Shown piece by piece: positions 60,166 to 64,000 of a DNA stretch of 64,000 bases. Every line of letters starts with the position of its first letter. Positions within the stretch are counted from its first letter, which is position 1. Position numbers and translations under genes: made by a program. The notes below the pieces were generated by a model. The model ran no database searches. It was not told the DNA's origin and worked only from the letters and a program-made list of their open reading frames with translations. This stretch comes from Macrostomum lignano (Eukaryota). The stretch covers positions 21,036-85,035 of the forward strand of contig NIVC01000757.1 in NCBI GenBank assembly GCA_002269645.1, read 5' to 3'.

Positions 60166-61126
60166 GCATGTCTGAAAGCAACCCTAAAAGCCGCAACACA
60201 CTGGGAAGGCACTAACAAGTGTTTGCACAATGCGAGTAAAATCTGACGCCAGCCGATGGGTTGGGTTGAAAAATATTCCTTTATATTGTTTGCCGCGGCT
60301 CTGATGCCCAAGCTAATTAGAAATAGAGCGCAGAGGGAAATTCTAAGAAATATACAGGTACAAAAATGAATAATCTTTGAAAACAAAATATTCAATCTCT
60401 GGTCGAACAGAACAAATTTCTGATTTGGTGCCAACAATTAATAAGAGTTAATCCTACACAGAAAATACGCAGTGAACTTTTCTCGCCAACAAAAAATGTC
60501 AATTTGTTCTGCCTAATCGGGAACACCAAAGCACCGAGAGAAAAAATCAGCCAGAAAATGTCGCCAAAAATATAGTTTTAAAATCCTTCAGAGAAAATGG
60601 AATGCGCAGAAACAAACAGTTTTAGCAAAATAAATAATCAAATTTGTAATAAGCGTCAAGGCTTCACAGAGGAACAGTGTGACGACAAAATGAGAGCTGA
60701 CAAAATTAAATGTAAGCATAAATTTTTACATCCATACGCAGCGTACACTACTTACAATATATCAAGTGAGTAGTATGAGTATGACGCAATCGCGAAAAGT
60801 AAATGATAGAAAAATAAATAAATATATCAGAACTATACAAAACAGCCGCAGAAGGTAGAAGGCAATAAAATTCCTGCTCAAAAATTTAAACACCTTCACG
60901 AGACCCATAATTAAGTTATAAAGTTGAAGAGATCAAAAATATAATAGGCACTCTCTACTGCTATAAGGCACTGACATGAAAATGATAAAATATTTTATTA
61001 CCAAAGCGAGGGACGGAAAAAAGATAAGAAAATTTCATACATAAAACAGACCGTCACCTCAGATAATATTTAAATAGCTACTACTAACTACTTAGGGCAG
61101 TAGTGCAAGCGCGTGCGAGTGCAGTT

Positions 61127-63992
61127 TTAGATAATTGAAGAATTCGGCCGGAAAGTCTGCTCGGAGTCCAGCTGCTGGTGACCAGACAGTGTGGCATCGA
61201 ATTCGCCCTCGTAATCCTCGTCTTCGTTGTCGACGTCGCCGTGTAAAACGTCGACTTCGACGTCAAGATCGAGGTCGTCCTCGGATTTCGGATCGGCGGA
61301 GGCCTGCGCGTTGGATGGCCGAGTTTAAAAGGTCATTTGAGGACGCGGAAACAATAACAAATGAGGTATTGAAGGATGAGGAAATGTATACTTGAAAGAT
61401 CGATATTTAGGGACACAAGCAGGGGTCATTTAGGGACACAAGCAGAGGTCATTTAGGGACACAAGCAGGGGTCATTTAGAGACATAAGCAGAGATAATTT
61501 AGGGACACGAACAGGGGTCATTTAGAGACATAAGCAGAGATAATTTAGGGACACGAACAGGGGTCATTTAGAGACATAAGCAGAGGTCATTTAGGGACAC
61601 GAACAGGGGTCATTTAGGGACACGAACAGGGGTCATTTAGGGACACGAACAGGAGTCATTTAGGGACACGAACAGGGGTCATCTAGGTACTCGTACACGA
61701 ACAGGGGTCATCTAAGGACACGAACAGAGATCATTTAGAGACACGAGCAGAGGTCTTTAGAGACACAAGCAGAGGTCATTTACATGTAGACACGAACAGG
61801 GGTCATCCAGGGACACGAACAGGGGTCATTTAGGACACGAACCGGGATCATCAAGGGACACGAACAGGGGTCATCCAGGGACATTAACAGGGGTCATTTA
61901 AAAGGTTAATTAAGGTCACAAACATTAGAACGGCATTACATATTTAGCTACACGTATATAAAGTGGTGTGTCATTGGCTCCTTAAGAAATGTACACAATA
62001 GATCCCTTAACAAAGGTTAATACACTTTCACATCCTGGGCAACCCGTCAGCTCACCGATCGATTATAGCCCAGCCGGGAGTCGCTCTCGCCGTCTCGACT
62101 ATCGTCGTTGCCTTCAGCTAGCGACGCAGCTAAACAAGCGGCCACGTCGGAGGCCGCCGTAGCGGCAGCGGCGGTAGCGGCAGTCCTATTGCACATACTA
62201 CTGCCGCCTAGAATAGCTGGGCCAGTAGTATTTGACAATGGCAAATAAATTTTAACGTCATTGTCGTTGCCAAGCTTCAACTGGGCCAGCCGCTGCTCCC
62301 GTTCGGCGATGCTGTCGCAGACGCGACCCAAACCGGGCCCTAACGACGGCGACAGCGAGTTGCCACCCGTGGCGGCCAGGTGCTCTTGAAGCTCCTGAGT
62401 CAACAGGTCGGTACTCTGCAACAGGTGCATCGGTAGGCGAGCGTTGGCGTAGCCGAAACCGCTGCCGCAACCGCCTCCGCCGTTAACGCCACCGCTGCTG
62501 CTACTATCGGCACTGCTAACGGCGACTGTCTGCTGCTGCTGCTGCTGGTTGTCAGAGCCGGTCGCTCCCGATGGCGGGTATCGCCGACGGCCGGGACGGG
62601 CGCGCAGCTGAGGCTCCCGATTGACGGCACAGCAGCTGGCAGCGGCACTGAGACGCCGCCAACCGACCGTTGCGACTGCAGCGGCGGCGGCGGCTGCTGC
62701 ATCGTCACCTGCACCCAGGCGTCTCTGCGCAAAAGAAACAAATGGTAAAGGGGTCATTTGAGGACAAGAATGTACGTAGGGGTCAATTGAGGACAAGAAT
62801 GTACGTAGGGGTCAATTGAGGACAAGAATGTACGTAGGGGTCAATTGAGGACAAATATCTATGTAGGGTCATTTGAGGACAAAACTGTACATAGGGGTCA
62901 ATTGAGGACAAAGATCTATGTACGGGTCATTTGAGGACAAAGCTGTACGTATGGGTCAATTGAGGACAAATATCTATCTAGGGGTCATTTGAGGACAAAA
63001 CTGTACGTAGGGGTCAATTGAGGACAAATATCTATCTAGGGGTCATTTGAGGACAAAACTGTACGTAGGGGTCAATTGAGGACAAATATCTATGTACGGG
63101 TCATTTGAGGACAAAACTGTACGTAGGGGTCAATTGAGGATAAAGATCTATCTAGGGGTCATTTGAGGACAAAACTGTACGTAGGGGTCAATTGAGGACA
63201 AATATCTATGTACGGGTCATTTGAGGACAAAACTGTACGTAGGGGTCAATTGAGGATAAAGATCTATGTACGGGTCATTTGAGGACAAAACTGTACGTAG
63301 GGGTCAATTGAGGACAAAGATCTATCTAGGGGTCATTTGAGGAAAAAACTGTACGTAGGGTCAATTGAGGACAAATATCTATCTAGGGGTCATTTGAGGA
63401 CAAGAATGTACGTAGGGGTCATTTGAGGACAAAAATCTATCCAGGGGTCATTTGAGGAAAAAAATCTACGTAGGGGTCAACTGTCCTTACCTGGCCGATG
63501 GTTGTGACGGCGGAGGGGGCGGCGGCGCGCCACCCCGTCGGAACAATGCGGCAGCGGCGGCAACGCCGCCAGCTGGTAGCGTCAGCGCCTTTGACAGTCG
63601 CCGATTGGCCCGCCTGGGCCGGCCGCCGCGATCGCCGAGGTCCGGCGACATTGATGACGCCTGTTCCGTCGAAGAAGATTGCGCGCAGAGTTTTTGTTGA
63701 AGAGTCGGTGGCCATCGACGCGGCAGCGCGACGGCGACAGCGGTGTGCGCGTTGGTGGCGTCGAGTAGCGGCTGGTCCAAGACAACGGCTGCCGACAGCT
63801 GCTGGCGGGAGCAGACGGCTCGCAGACTCTGCTGGCAGGCGCGGCAACAGCGGCGCCGAATCATGGAGCGCAGTTTAGCGGAACGATCGCGCTCCGCTCG
63901 GGCCTGCAGTTGCAACTGCATGCGAAGATTGGTCAGGTCCATCTGGAGGTCGTCGACACGATGCAGGCGCTTCTCGTAGTGCTGGCGAATCT
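61127..63992 (-). CDS. MAP3K12/MAP3K13-like: 3' part of a DLK/LZK-like MAP3K gene; exons 63992-63491, 62724-62056, 61303-61127 (one base appears to be missing within the first two exons); the kinase domain is outside the window
   Basis: EIRQHYEKRLHRVDDLQMDLTNLRMQLQLQAR resembles the DLK/LZK second leucine zipper ([20 protein letters not shown]..MLQL). GT-AG sites are visible. The acidic last exon ends in TAA at 61129-61127. The call rests on a short motif only. Confidence 0.6.
61405..61900. repeat. 23-bp minisatellite (AGGGGTCATTTAGGGACACGAAC) in the last MAP3K intron
   Basis: Tandem units visible directly. Confidence 0.95.
62745..63482. repeat. ~29-bp minisatellite (AGGGGTCA(A/T)TTGAGGACAAA + ACTGTACGT/TATCTATCT) in a MAP3K intron
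   Basis: Tandem units with two alternating variants. Confidence 0.95.
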
Positions 63993-64000
63993 CTGGGGGG

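Noticed and set aside
57749-60246. 417-aa FDCRFGS ORF and the CLSV-type ORFs
   Set aside because: Translations of a minisatellite and a (CTGT)n microsatellite.

Overview
This window is eukaryotic (animal) genomic DNA with GT-AG spliceosomal introns. It is not prokaryotic, so most ORF-track entries with TTG/GTG starts, or lying in repeats, are artefacts. GC-rich exons, minisatellite-filled introns and the gene set suggest a lophotrochozoan such as a free-living flatworm (Macrostomum-like); this is an inference. Left end: the 3' end of a SOCS-box gene and a complete 6-exon KIF-binding protein gene (KIFBP, 619 aa when spliced). Right end: a 7-exon SLC20/PiT phosphate transporter and the 3' end of a DLK/LZK (MAP3K12/13)-like kinase. 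Between them is a ~40 kb island rich in transposon debris. It holds five intronless paralogues of a secreted or membrane temptin-domain + copper type II (DBH/PHM-like) monooxygenase, plus an intronless LicD/fukutin-family transferase. The five paralogues are the most interesting system. They are mosaics: the temptin core is homogenised, putative active-site loops are hypervariable, and individual copies have separately lost the membrane anchor, the Tyr-motif tail or a CuM ligand. Other observations: 13 of 14 host-gene introns carry their own tandem array; two tRNA-derived SINE families occur, one with a CORE domain; several transposon insertions are nested with readable target-site duplications; there are four TATA-leader-splice-donor modules; and four single-base deletions look like assembly errors. 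All family calls come from motif recognition by eye, with no database searches.
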